DNA of 64,000 nucleotides from positions 288,001 through 352,000 of the forward strand of contig CAVVHS010000009.1 of NCBI GenBank assembly GCA_963748215.1, read 5' to 3'. This stretch comes from an uncultured Gammaproteobacteria bacterium (GTDB lineage: Bacteria > Pseudomonadota > Gammaproteobacteria > UBA9214). Shown in pieces: positions 45,297 through 54,594 of this stretch. The notes below the pieces were generated by a model. That model had not been told where the DNA came from. It worked only from the letters and a program-made list of their open reading frames with translations, and searched no databases. The translations under genes were made by a program, and so were the position numbers. Each line of letters begins with the position of its first letter. Position 1 is the first letter of the stretch.

Positions 45297-46134
45297 TAGG
45301 AAGAATAGGGGACAGACCACGTTTTTCAATCTGATTTGGCGGGTCTTCCCGGGTTTCTACGTGTAACACGTCGTTGCAGCATGTGGGAGATCTCAGACTT
45401 AAAGCGTTCATTACCCAGAGCATAGTTACCATGCGAAGCAGTCCGGATCTCGGCAAGCAGATCGGGGTCTATAGCTGTGTGAAACAGGCCACGGTAATTG
45501 GCAAGACGCGTTTCTTCACTCCCTCCGAGTGCCAGGTATTCTGCGTGTGGCGTCAGGCCGTCGTGCTGTGCGCCTTGACCGTTAATCCTGTAACTTGACC
45601 ACTGATATTCTGCCGGGTGCTCTACCATGACTGCGCGAACCGGGTTCAATTCGATATATCGGTAACAGGCAAGTACATAGTGACTTTCCTGAACCAGACA
45701 GGAGCGAAAACGGCCTTCCCAAAGCGTTCCGCTGCGCTGGTAGCGACGGTTACTGTATTGGACGTAACGCTGACCAAGCTGTTTCATGAGCAGAGCGGCG
45801 CTATCACGCGCTGCTGGGGTAAGGAGCAGGTGTACATGATTCGTCATCAGGCACCAGGCATGTACACTGCAACGATATCTAGCGCCCTGCTCAGCCAGGG
45901 TATCAAGGTAATACTGGTAATCGCAGTTGTCGTAGAAGCAGGGGCTGCGATTATTGCCGCGCTGGATGATATGCCAGGGAATGCCAGGAATGACCAGGCG
46001 GGCACGGCGTGGCATAAGAATAACCTTGTTCAATTTAGAGTAAGAGTTGAATGGTGAATGCATGAATACGGCGGTTATGTAGTGAATGTGCGTGAAGGTG
46101 CGTCAGTAATTGACGAAAACGTGGTCTGTCCCCC
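45297..46134 (-). mobile_element. Y1/HUH transposase element, copy 2
   Basis: Identical to 27964-28801; IRs at 45308-45325 and 46116-46133. Confidence 0.88.
45326..46015 (-). CDS. REP-associated tyrosine transposase-like (Y1_Tnp)
   Basis: Protein identical to 27993-28682. Confidence 0.92.
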   Translation of the reverse strand: MPRRARLVIPGIPWHIIQRGNNRSPCFYDNCDYQYYLDTLAEQGARYRCSVHAWCLMTNHVHLLLTPAARDSAALLMKQLGQRYVQYSNRRYQRSGTLWEGRFRSCLVQESHYVLACYRYIELNPVRAVMVEHPAEYQWSSYRINGQGAQHDGLTPHAEYLALGGSEETRLANYRGLFHTAIDPDLLAEIRTASHGNYALGNERFKSEISHMLQRRVTRRNPGRPAKSD

Positions 46135-46220
46135 CCCCTTTTTCTTTTTTCAGAGACCAGTTGTTAGAGATCTAAACAGGTGCTATTGTTAGACCAGTTA
46201 ATGGCCCATTTGGAACTGGT

Positions 46221-46490
46221 ATGAGCACGAAATTTTCAGAGGATGTCATTCCTCTTACCGACCTGAAAACCAACCCCGGTCGTGTGGTGAAACATGTCTC
46301 GGATGCGCATCGGCCGGTACTTGTTACCAGCCGTGGTCGCGGTGTTGCCGTGGTCCAGTCCGTGGCCGATTATGAACAAACACAGGAGGACTGCGCCTTC
46401 ATGCGCGCGGTTGTGGAGGGCCTGGCGGATCTGGAGGCAGGACGGGAAGTTTCACTTGTGGAAGCCAGGAAGCGGCTGGGACTGAAATAG
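46221..46490 (+). CDS. Phd/YefM-family antitoxin
   Basis: DVIPLTDLKTNPGRVV, PVLVTSRGRGVAVVQS. Confidence 0.9.
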   Translation: MSTKFSEDVIPLTDLKTNPGRVVKHVSDAHRPVLVTSRGRGVAVVQSVADYEQTQEDCAFMRAVVEGLADLEAGREVSLVEARKRLGLK

Positions 46491-46494
46491 ATCA

Positions 46495-46812
46495 ATGCCG
46501 CGGATTGTTATCAGCTTCTCGGAGTCGGCATTGCGCGATCTCGAGGAGATAAAGGCATGGTATGTGGAGCAGGGCGTGTCCGATATCGGTGAACGGTTGG
46601 TAGCTGAGGTCTTTCAACGGGTCGAGACGCTTGCCGAACATACCGACATAGGCCGGACAGTCCCCGAATTTGAGCAATCATTCCTCCGGGAGTTGATTCA
46701 TCCGCCATTTCGACTTGTCTACCGTCACGATACGAAGCGTGTGAGGGTTGTGCGTATCTGGCGCAGTGAACGGCTGCTGCGTCTCGATCCGGATTCGAAG
46801 ACTTCAGGGTAA
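46495..46812 (+). CDS. RelE/ParE-family toxin
   Basis: ISFSESALRDLEEI, GRTVPE, RELIHPPFRLVYR. Confidence 0.9.
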   Translation: MPRIVISFSESALRDLEEIKAWYVEQGVSDIGERLVAEVFQRVETLAEHTDIGRTVPEFEQSFLRELIHPPFRLVYRHDTKRVRVVRIWRSERLLRLDPDSKTSG

Positions 46813-46976
46813 ATCGTCGGGTCTTTATGACGCACTGGCACAGAACGCGTGTGTGTGAAGAATTGTTGCTCGTGCGGCTATGAGCAGTTTGAATTGTATT
46901 GGCTCTCTAGTAACCCGGGGTGGTTCATACAGTGCATTGTTGCTCTGGTCTTGGGCCAGATATAGGCAAACGACCC

Positions 46977-47282
46977 TGTGGGGATTTTGCGGGGATCAGT
47001 TTTGCATTGTTATGCATCGTGGTGCACAGTGTGCAACGGGCGCCACGGTAAGCTGTTGAGATTAAAAGCGTAAAAATGCTTTTTCTGTCCTTTTAATTCG
47101 ATGGTCGTTGGTTCGAGCCGTGGACGACGCAGTCGGCCGAGACAACAGCGTCTCATAGGCGACGCTGACCCCGAAGGGGCGAGGGCGCAGCCCGAGTAAT
47201 CCAACACGACCCACCATTAAAACAGTCACTTCCCTCTGATTTTTCATCCCGGTAAAAATGGATTGTGGGGATTTTGCGGGGA
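46977..47282 (+). repeat. Island junction 3: tRNA-Lys 3' half (47090-47216) with 82-nt insertion (47117-47198) and flanking arm repeats
   Basis: Same architecture; insert differs from the other two at four positions. Confidence 0.92.
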
Positions 47283-47730
47283 TTAACTGCAATTTTTTCT
47301 CGTTGGGTCAATTTCGCCTGTAACCAATTCAATTGGTTGCGTATCAGTAGTCGACTCGAACAGCTATTTTCTGGACCAAAAATCCGATGCTCGATCGCAT
47401 GCAGATAATCTGAAGTGGTTGCAAAACAGCAGTTATGATTCTTTAGGTACATCCGTGACAAGCTTGGTAGGGATCAAGATCTGCGGAATTGGTTTTAAAA
47501 GATTCAACACTCAATGATTAATCTCCAACCATGTGGGCGTGAAATATTGAGGCAGCATTGAATACCGATATACGGTGATTACAAATAGACTTTTGTTGCC
47601 ACATAAATAGCAGCATACAGGATGCAGTACTTGATGGCGCATATCTGTCTTATGCCGACATCCTCGTTAGGATAATGGTAAACAGGGACAGTATTCATAA
47701 GAATCAAAGGGATTCAATTATTGCGGACGA

Positions 47731-47840
47731 TAGCTGCTTCAGGAGCAGGCTGTCGGCGACAATGGTCTTCGCGCCACAAGGCCCCAGGAGCTTGGCAATT
47801 ATGCTCAGTAGATGGCAAGGAGTATCAGCAGATCATTCAT
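47731..47840 (-). pseudogene. N-terminal relic of an integrase-core (rve) transposase
   Basis: Reads MNDLLILLA/LLSIIAKLLGPCGAKTIVADSLLLKQL with a frameshift, resembling the N-termini of that family as I recall them. Confidence 0.45.
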
Positions 47841-47999
47841 GGCGCAGCAGGGTAGGGAGTCTAGCCATCAGGGGCAAGTCTGTCCAAGTCGTCGATTTCA
47901 GCTGAAAATTATTAATTCAGCAGGGACAGGCGCATACACTGGCGCCGTTGTTGCCGCGTTGTCTTGACGGATCGACGCGATAGAATTGATCGAAAACTG

Positions 48000-48332
48000 T
48001 CAATCCAGGCCGAAGAAGTCTCGGAAGAAACTGAACCGTTCGGATTTCTTCTTCAATAGAAGATCCTCCAGTTCTCCTCGGTCGAAGTAGAGCCCTTCAC
48101 AGAAAGTACAATGATCGATCTCGATGTCGTGCAGTTTCTTGGGTTGCATGTCATGGCCGCATTTGGGACATTTCATCCAGTGCGTCTGTCGAAGATTTTC
48201 AAGAGTTACCTGGTCTCCCTGTTTATTAAGCAGCTCAATGCGATGCTCGCGATTATGCCGCGCACTTTCGATTAAAACCTTCTCGTTGAGCCGAAACCAG
48301 TCATCTTCACGTTTTCTTGCATCTCTATTCAT
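48000..48332 (-). CDS. zf-TFIIB-type zinc-finger protein
   Basis: HWMKCPKCGHDM...IEIDHCTFCEGLYFDRGELE. Confidence 0.85.
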   Translation of the reverse strand: MNRDARKREDDWFRLNEKVLIESARHNREHRIELLNKQGDQVTLENLRQTHWMKCPKCGHDMQPKKLHDIEIDHCTFCEGLYFDRGELEDLLLKKKSERFSFFRDFFGLD

Positions 48333-48597
48333 ATTCGTTAGTCCTCACACTAGAGAGGTCTCAGTAGAAGTGTCGGAGACGTGGCCATAGGGGAGCCGGT
48401 TCGGGATTTCATTGTCCAGCAAGGTCTCGACTACCAGGATACGCCTGGCTCTTTCTTCGAGTTGAAACAGATGATGAATTGCCAGCCTACGTCGGTCAGT
48501 GGAAAATCGCATGCTTGAAAATCGATCTGCATCGTTATCTCCAGTTATTCGCATGGGTACTTGTTAAAATCCAGGGTAGGCCGGTTTTAAATAAAGT

Positions 48598-48731
48598 AAA
48601 AGTCGATAATAGTAATTATATTATTCGTAAATAACGAAGCATTGGAAATCCGATGGTTAACTACAAGGTCATTTCATCATCGATAGCAGATATTACGTAA
48701 AAAACGAGTATTGCAGTTTAAATATTCGACT
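48598..48731. promoter_or_regulatory. Two oppositely oriented putative NhaR (LysR) boxes, one followed by a relic nhaR start
   Basis: AGTCGA...TTCGTAAATAACGAA (48601-48638) then ATGGTTAACTACAAG; TACGTAAAAAACGAG...TTCGACT (48694-48731). Confidence 0.6.
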
Positions 48732-48803
48732 AATTGAAACCTGCGTTCTCTGTTAGTTTGTGGCTGAAACATATATTAATGGCTGTGAAGCAAGGAGTAC
48801 GAT

Positions 48804-49745
48804 ATGCAAAGGTTCAAGAACATTCTGTTGGTATTGAATCCTGAGATAGATGAAAAGACGGCTCTGAACAAGGCTGTCTCGCTGGCCAGGCAGAATGATG
48901 CGCGGTTGACGCTCTTCTCGGTTGTGTATGAGCATCCCGATCTTGAGAGCTATCCGGACTCGGTCGGAGAGACTCTACTGGCAGCTTATATTTCTGACCG
49001 GCGGCAATGGTTACAAGACTTTATACCGACCTTGCAGGAACATGGCGTCGATGGTGAGGCCGTTGTGGTGATAGGTATTCACTTTCTGGAGATCATTCGT
49101 CAGGTACTACGCGAACAACACGACCTGGTAATAACAACGGCGGAAGAAAAGAAAGGTATTCGCGCACGTGTATTCGGAACCACCTCCATGCACCTGATGC
49201 GAAAATGCCCCTGTCCCGTGTGGGTGGTCAAGCAGGCGCAGACGCGGCCTTATGCCCGCATCCTGGCGGCGGTCGATCCATCGGTCTATGACCCGAAACG
49301 TGATTCGCTCAATCCACTGATCCTGCAACTGGCCGGCGGTATAGCTCGCAGGGATGCGGGAGAGCTACATATCGTCCATGTGTGGCATTTGTTCGGTGAG
49401 CATTATGTGCGCAACCGCGGCATGACTGAGAAGGACCTTCAGGACGCAAAGGCGCATGAGAAGATGCAGCATAAAGAGCGCCTCGATACCCTGTTGGCCC
49501 GGGTTGATGTCACCGATCTGAAGCCCTACCTGCACCTGATTGAGGGCGATCCCTATGAACGTATACCGGAACTGGTGGCAGCGCAGGGTATCGACCTGCT
49601 GGTCATGGGTACGGTCTGCCGCACGGGAATCGCCGGGTTTCTGATCGGCAACATAGCGGAAGAGGTGCTCAATCAGGTGGACTGCTCTGTGATGACGGTT
49701 AAGCCGGATGGTTTTGTTACACCGGTGACGCTTGAAGATGCATGA
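48804..49745 (+). CDS. Universal stress protein (tandem Usp, UspE-like)
   Basis: FKNILLV, FGTTSMHLMRKCPCPVWVVK, MGTVCRTGIAGFLIGN. Confidence 0.92.
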   Translation: MQRFKNILLVLNPEIDEKTALNKAVSLARQNDARLTLFSVVYEHPDLESYPDSVGETLLAAYISDRRQWLQDFIPTLQEHGVDGEAVVVIGIHFLEIIRQVLREQHDLVITTAEEKKGIRARVFGTTSMHLMRKCPCPVWVVKQAQTRPYARILAAVDPSVYDPKRDSLNPLILQLAGGIARRDAGELHIVHVWHLFGEHYVRNRGMTEKDLQDAKAHEKMQHKERLDTLLARVDVTDLKPYLHLIEGDPYERIPELVAAQGIDLLVMGTVCRTGIAGFLIGNIAEEVLNQVDCSVMTVKPDGFVTPVTLEDA

Positions 49746-49918
49746 TCCACAAGTTCTGATGGAGAAAGATGAACGATGGAAACAAGCGAACTACTGATAG
49801 AGAAACTGCATATTATTATTTATTGGTCGGTACACGCCCCGACCATGAACTTGGCACTCCATATTGAACCATCCTTGGCCGTTAGTCGGTATCCCAGTCC
49901 TGGGCCCAAACCAGTATC

Positions 49919-50899
49919 TTAGGAAGCGTTGACAAAGAGCCAGCCTTGGTAGGCTGCAAATACCGCTAGCAGCATTGCACCCTCCACGCGGGTGACGCGT
50001 CCTGGCCCCTTGCGGTGGAAATCACCTGCCATGAAAAACAGTGCGACGGTCAGGGCAATCATTAGGGGGAAATCACGTGTCAACACAGCGGTGTCGAAAC
50101 CGCTTGGCCCCACGGTGCCTGCAACGCCCAGCACCGCCAGTAGATTGAACAGATTGGAGCCGACCACGTTGCCTATGACGATGTCGTGCTCGCCCTTCCG
50201 TGCCGCCGCTACCGAGGTGGCCAGTTCGGGCAGGCTGGTGCCTGCGGCGACTATGGTCAGGCCGATCACCAACTCACTGACCCCAAGCCCCTCGGCAATA
50301 CCAACTGCGCCCCAGACCAGCAGGCGCGAGGCGATCAATAGCAGTACCAGGCCGGAGATCAGCAGCCATCCGGTGCGGGCACGGGGCATGGGATCGGGCA
50401 TCTCTGCAGTGAATTCGCATACCATCGGGTCATTCGGTGCCGAGGCACGGGCCAGGTGCACGGTCCACAGCAACAGGGCGCCGAGGCCCGTGATCAGCAG
50501 GAGGCCGTCGAATCGGCTCAGATCCCTATCCCACAACAGGGCCAGTGTCGCCAGGGTCACGGCGATCAACAGCGGAAACTCGCGCCGCAGGGTGCACGAC
50601 TGTACCGTCATCGGGACGATCAAGGCGGCCACCCCTAGTACCAAGCCGATGTTGGCGATGTTGGAACCGATAGCGTTGCCGATGGCGATGCCGCTGTTGC
50701 CTTCCCAGGCCGCCATGGCGGAGACTAGCATTTCCGGGGCCGATGTGCCGAAGGCGACGATGGTGAGTCCAATGACCAGGGGGGATACACCCAGGCGTCG
50801 CGCCAGCCCCGTGGCTCCTGTTACGAAGCGGTCCGCGCTCCAGACAAGTAGAAACAGACCGACGCAGGTGGCGATGATGTAAGGCAACAATTCTGGCAT
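49919..50899 (-). CDS. Ca2+/Na+ antiporter (YrbG-like CaCA)
   Basis: Alpha repeats FGTSAPE...GNAIGSNIAN and GTSLPEL...GNVVGSNLFN. Confidence 0.93.
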   Translation of the reverse strand: MPELLPYIIATCVGLFLLVWSADRFVTGATGLARRLGVSPLVIGLTIVAFGTSAPEMLVSAMAAWEGNSGIAIGNAIGSNIANIGLVLGVAALIVPMTVQSCTLRREFPLLIAVTLATLALLWDRDLSRFDGLLLITGLGALLLWTVHLARASAPNDPMVCEFTAEMPDPMPRARTGWLLISGLVLLLIASRLLVWGAVGIAEGLGVSELVIGLTIVAAGTSLPELATSVAAARKGEHDIVIGNVVGSNLFNLLAVLGVAGTVGPSGFDTAVLTRDFPLMIALTVALFFMAGDFHRKGPGRVTRVEGAMLLAVFAAYQGWLFVNAS

Positions 50900-50929
50900 G
50901 TATATTTCCTGCTTGGGTGCGGCCTCTGT

Positions 50930-51682
50930 TCAACTTGATACATTTTCGTGCTCATTCTGCGGGCGAAGTGAGACCAATATCTCTTCCAGCGTGAACCCGG
51001 TCATGCCATGAATCGTGCGCCATAGGTAATAAAAGATTGCCAGCATCATGAGCATGGAGGGGATAGCGATCACCGGATAGCTGAGCAGGGTCAGCCGCCC
51101 GAGTTCCTCGTTGAATGCGGCGCTACCCGCCGGACTGACAACAATCCACTTGGCGAGGATGTAGTTCATCACAGCCGAAAAGAAAAAGGTGCTACCCATC
51201 AGGTACGTGGCATTCAACAGGCGACCTTCAAAGGCTGCGGTATTTCCCAGATTCTCGAGTCTTTGCCTGATCTTTCCGACATCAATAACTGCAGGGCTAT
51301 AGAGCAGGGTTCTGATCAGCGGATAAGGTGTGCGCGTGGAGACCAGCACCGCTATGCCGATCAGTCCGGGGATGGCGGCTTCCTTGACAGCCAGCCACTG
51401 CGGGTCGAGTTGCAGCAAACCGATGCCGCCGGTAAGCAACACGCTGATTAACCCCAGCAGTGCAATAAAATTGAATTTCCTGTACTTCAGAAGTTCGTAA
51501 AGGCCCCAGCCCAGAGGAAACGCCAGTGCCACGATTAGCGCAGTACTTGATCCAAGGGCATTATCGTCACTGAACTTCGTCAGGATCAAGGAGGGAATAA
51601 CAATGCTGAACAGCAGGTCAACCAGTGGGCGTGGCTTATGGTCAGGCGATGTTTGTTTGAAGGTGGCAGGGGTGTTGGTCAT
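50930..51682 (-). CDS. VC0807-family membrane protein
   Basis: LLFSIVIPSLIL, WLAVKEAAIP, FNEELGRLTLLSYPVIAIP. Confidence 0.75.
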   Translation of the reverse strand: MTNTPATFKQTSPDHKPRPLVDLLFSIVIPSLILTKFSDDNALGSSTALIVALAFPLGWGLYELLKYRKFNFIALLGLISVLLTGGIGLLQLDPQWLAVKEAAIPGLIGIAVLVSTRTPYPLIRTLLYSPAVIDVGKIRQRLENLGNTAAFEGRLLNATYLMGSTFFFSAVMNYILAKWIVVSPAGSAAFNEELGRLTLLSYPVIAIPSMLMMLAIFYYLWRTIHGMTGFTLEEILVSLRPQNEHENVSS

Positions 51683-51856
51683 ACTGTATCTCTATGTCTG
51701 ATGTGGATTATCACAAGCGTGTTTTCGGTCTTCCAGTATTTATCTATCGGGTAATCTGATCGCAACTCTGGATGGAATGGCTTGTCGGCCAGGCGTTTGC
51801 TCATCACCGGATTCGCTTGAGAAGCCGGACATTGATCGCAAACATGCCCGCACCCC

Positions 51857-53065
51857 TCAGCTGGTTGCAACTGCAGGCTCAGTTTGTTTATTGATCTGTG
51901 TGCCGAGGGGGGTGCGCAGCAGACAGCCGACGCCGCCCAGAGACATCAGCGCGTCGGCGTTTTCCACGATTTCCACCGGACGTTCCAGCTGGTCGGCCAG
52001 GCGCAGCAGTTCCTCCCTGACATCCATCGGTCGCGTGGCTGGCTTGCCGCACTGCGGGCAGATGGATGTTTCGGGCGGCTCGGTGCCGCTGGCTCGACAG
52101 GCGGTACAGGTCCAGCCGGGATCGGGCTGATAGTTGCTGGCCATGACCAGCGTATCCACTTCACTCCAGCGCAGCGCATCCAGTGTGGCCGCCGCGCCCG
52201 CAACCGTCAGGTTCTGGCTGCGCAGTCCCTCGATCAGGCGTTCGGTAACTGACCGGTATTCATGTTTTTCATGCTCGATAAAGCTGGACAGGGTCATGAT
52301 GATCACTTCGGTCTGCAGATCGCGTGCGCTGGCCGGTGCCATATCCACCAGCTTTTCCGCCAGATCCTTGGGCATGGCATGGCGTAGCCGCTCGGTTATC
52401 TCGGGATCGCCGGCCAGGATCAGGTGAGTATGGCCCCCGGCGCGCATCAGCTTGTCTAGAACCGCGATCTTTTCGTGTACAAACCGGTCCCCGCGATGCG
52501 CCTGGTTCACGCAATAGTGGATGCGGGCCCATTCCGACCCCACACGCGTACGTAGCCCCGATTGATCTATCCAGGCGCGGACCGTGGCGGCGCCCAGATT
52601 CACTGCCACGATACTGACCCGATCTTGCAGAGCCAGCAAGACGACGTAGCGGTGGTAGTCGTCCTTGAGTTCTATCAGGTGGTAGATATTGGGTGTGGGA
52701 TAGACTGCGATCCAGTTGGGCAGCGAGGCGGCAAACTGCATGGCCAGCATGAAGCTTCCGCCGCAGGTGCCGCGGGCAAAGATGGCCACCCCTTTGGCCT
52801 CGGGCAGCAGATCGGTGGCCATCCAGGACTCGATTTTGCCCAGAACTTCCTCGAGGTCGTCGAGATCATTGCCCTTGAGAATGTGCCGCAGGATGCGGGC
52901 GCGTTCCTCAAGCACATCGCGCCAGCCAGTCTGCCCGTTCTCAAGGTTAAGGTAGCAGCTGATAAACGGTGCATCTGATTCTTCCACGCTGGCCAGTACA
53001 GTGATTTGCTGTTTGAGTTCGTCGGAAGTCGTCATGTGTGTCATATCAACAGGCCTCATGTTCAT
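51857..53065 (-). CDS. Bacterial archaeo-eukaryotic release factor (baeRF/aeRF1-like) protein
   Basis: FISCYLN, AKGVAIFA, HLILAGDPE, zinc ribbon CTAC...CPQCG, eRF1 domain-3 end LMSLGGVGCLLR; no GGQ. Confidence 0.75.
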   Translation of the reverse strand: MNMRPVDMTHMTTSDELKQQITVLASVEESDAPFISCYLNLENGQTGWRDVLEERARILRHILKGNDLDDLEEVLGKIESWMATDLLPEAKGVAIFARGTCGGSFMLAMQFAASLPNWIAVYPTPNIYHLIELKDDYHRYVVLLALQDRVSIVAVNLGAATVRAWIDQSGLRTRVGSEWARIHYCVNQAHRGDRFVHEKIAVLDKLMRAGGHTHLILAGDPEITERLRHAMPKDLAEKLVDMAPASARDLQTEVIIMTLSSFIEHEKHEYRSVTERLIEGLRSQNLTVAGAAATLDALRWSEVDTLVMASNYQPDPGWTCTACRASGTEPPETSICPQCGKPATRPMDVREELLRLADQLERPVEIVENADALMSLGGVGCLLRTPLGTQINKQTEPAVATS

Positions 53066-53086
53066 CCAGACCCGCCATAGGCGGGT

Positions 53087-53728
53087 CTATGCGCGGTTAG
53101 CCTGAACCGTGGCGTGGATCTCGCCTGCCAGACCGGCCTCCAGGCCGAGCTCGCGCGCCAGGGTATCAAGATAGATTTGTTCGGGTGCTGACGGTGGGTC
53201 GACCATCATTACTGAGGCTGCATACACTTCGGCGGCATGCTCCTTTGAATCGATGGCGGCCGTCAGGCCCGCTACGTCCAACGGGCGACCGTACTCCTCG
53301 AAAAGAAATGCCTTGTCTTCTGCAGGCATATCCAGGCTGTTGATCTGGTTGAGGATCATTTGGCTTTCCTGCACGTTTATCTGCCCATCGGCCTTGGCGG
53401 CAGCAATCATGGCGCGGGCGAGGAGCAGGCTGAGTGCTTTGGCCCCCGCTGTGTCGTTGCCCGCAGGCAGAAACGCACTGTCCGCAGGCGGGGTAGCAAA
53501 ACCGGTGCCGGCCTTGGCGCCCGCTCCCTGCTGGTAGTTCTGCCATGCCTTGTAGGCCAGCCCGCCAACCAGTGCCATACCACCAAGCTGCAGTGCCGAA
53601 CCGGCGACTTTTCTCGCCTTCTTGCCGGACAGTACATTGGCCAGCGCGCCACCGGCCAGTCCCCCGGCAAAACCGCCAGCGGCTCCACTGCCGACGAGTT
53701 GATCAAGCAAGCGTTTGGCGTCAAACAT
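53087..53728 (-). CDS. DUF533/TerB-like protein
   Basis: LGGMALVGGLAYKAWQ, RAMIAAAKADG, AAEVYAAS. Confidence 0.85.
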   Translation of the reverse strand: MFDAKRLLDQLVGSGAAGGFAGGLAGGALANVLSGKKARKVAGSALQLGGMALVGGLAYKAWQNYQQGAGAKAGTGFATPPADSAFLPAGNDTAGAKALSLLLARAMIAAAKADGQINVQESQMILNQINSLDMPAEDKAFLFEEYGRPLDVAGLTAAIDSKEHAAEVYAASVMMVDPPSAPEQIYLDTLARELGLEAGLAGEIHATVQANRA

Positions 53729-53829
53729 GATTCTGTTCTCCTTTGGCTGGTATTAGCGAAACGGGTAGCCGTCAGCCGGATTATGTCTGGACTGCTGTCT
53801 TGGCGTTGGTATCGCGCCTGGGGTAACCA

Positions 53830-54474
53830 TCACGACCACATGGTGAGCGGTGGATCATTCATCACCGCACGCAGGATGTCGCTGCGTGCGACAATGCCTA
53901 TCAACTTGTCCTGATCATCGGCAATGGGTACGGAGTGAAGATGGTATTCCAGCATTACCTGGGCAATCCTGCGAATATCCGATACCGGGTCGGCTGTAAT
54001 GACCCCTGGTGACATGGCATCTGCTACACGCTTGCCACCCACATATTGCATCTTGTCATCGTCAATGATGATGAACTGCAATAAATCCTCAACCGACAAC
54101 ATGCCGACAATGCGATGTTCTGCACTCATGACCGGCATCTGCCGGAATCCCCATTGCTGAAAGTGACGCTGTGCCTCGAGTATTCCCATCTCCATGGACA
54201 CGGTACTGACCGGGTAACTCATTAGTTGATAGGCGTGGTAAACCGGTTCCCGCCGGTTAAGTTGGCGCATTTCACGGTAGGACTCTATAGCCTTGCTGGA
54301 TACCGGTGCCTTGCCGGGTTTACCGCTGGAGGCGCTATCAATCATTCCTGGTTGTGGTTCAGGCTCATCAGGAAATGAACGTGTCCGCGCGCTGGCCTGG
54401 GCTTCACGCACCTTGCGCAGATTTTCCAGTGTGTCACGGAAGCTTCGGCCCTGGATGTCGTAGATGGCAAACAT
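53830..54474 (-). CDS. CBS domain-containing protein
   Basis: Two CBS repeats, LIGIVARSDIL. Confidence 0.85.
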   Translation of the reverse strand: MFAIYDIQGRSFRDTLENLRKVREAQASARTRSFPDEPEPQPGMIDSASSGKPGKAPVSSKAIESYREMRQLNRREPVYHAYQLMSYPVSTVSMEMGILEAQRHFQQWGFRQMPVMSAEHRIVGMLSVEDLLQFIIIDDDKMQYVGGKRVADAMSPGVITADPVSDIRRIAQVMLEYHLHSVPIADDQDKLIGIVARSDILRAVMNDPPLTMWS

Positions 54475-54594
54475 GAAATTTTACCCTGAGTGGTTCGTTT
54501 ACATTAAATCAAGCATATTAATCCGGTTACGCCGCAACCCGTGTCGTTGATGTATGCTCCTGGATCAAGCTCCACCCTCGCAAGCAAATCGTTA

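Larger units (their letters stand above)
40263..47090. mobile_element. tRNA-Lys island 3 (~6.8 kb, no integrase)
   Basis: Bounded by tRNA-Lys 3'-half repeats. Confidence 0.85.

Noticed and set aside
22647-47090. Classical integron with attC cassettes
   Set aside because: No IntI and no attC sites seen; units are multi-gene and delimited by tRNA-derived att sites.
47221-47461. Conserved left-end block as the 3' end of an integrase gene (...NPRKIPT)
   Set aside because: No recombinase motif is visible and I could not confirm a conserved frame across the four copies. Cannot be fully excluded without a tBLASTn/HMM search.
48345-48554. 69-aa ORF downstream of the relic NhaR box
   Set aside because: No recognisable motif or clear RBS; cannot be supported as a gene.
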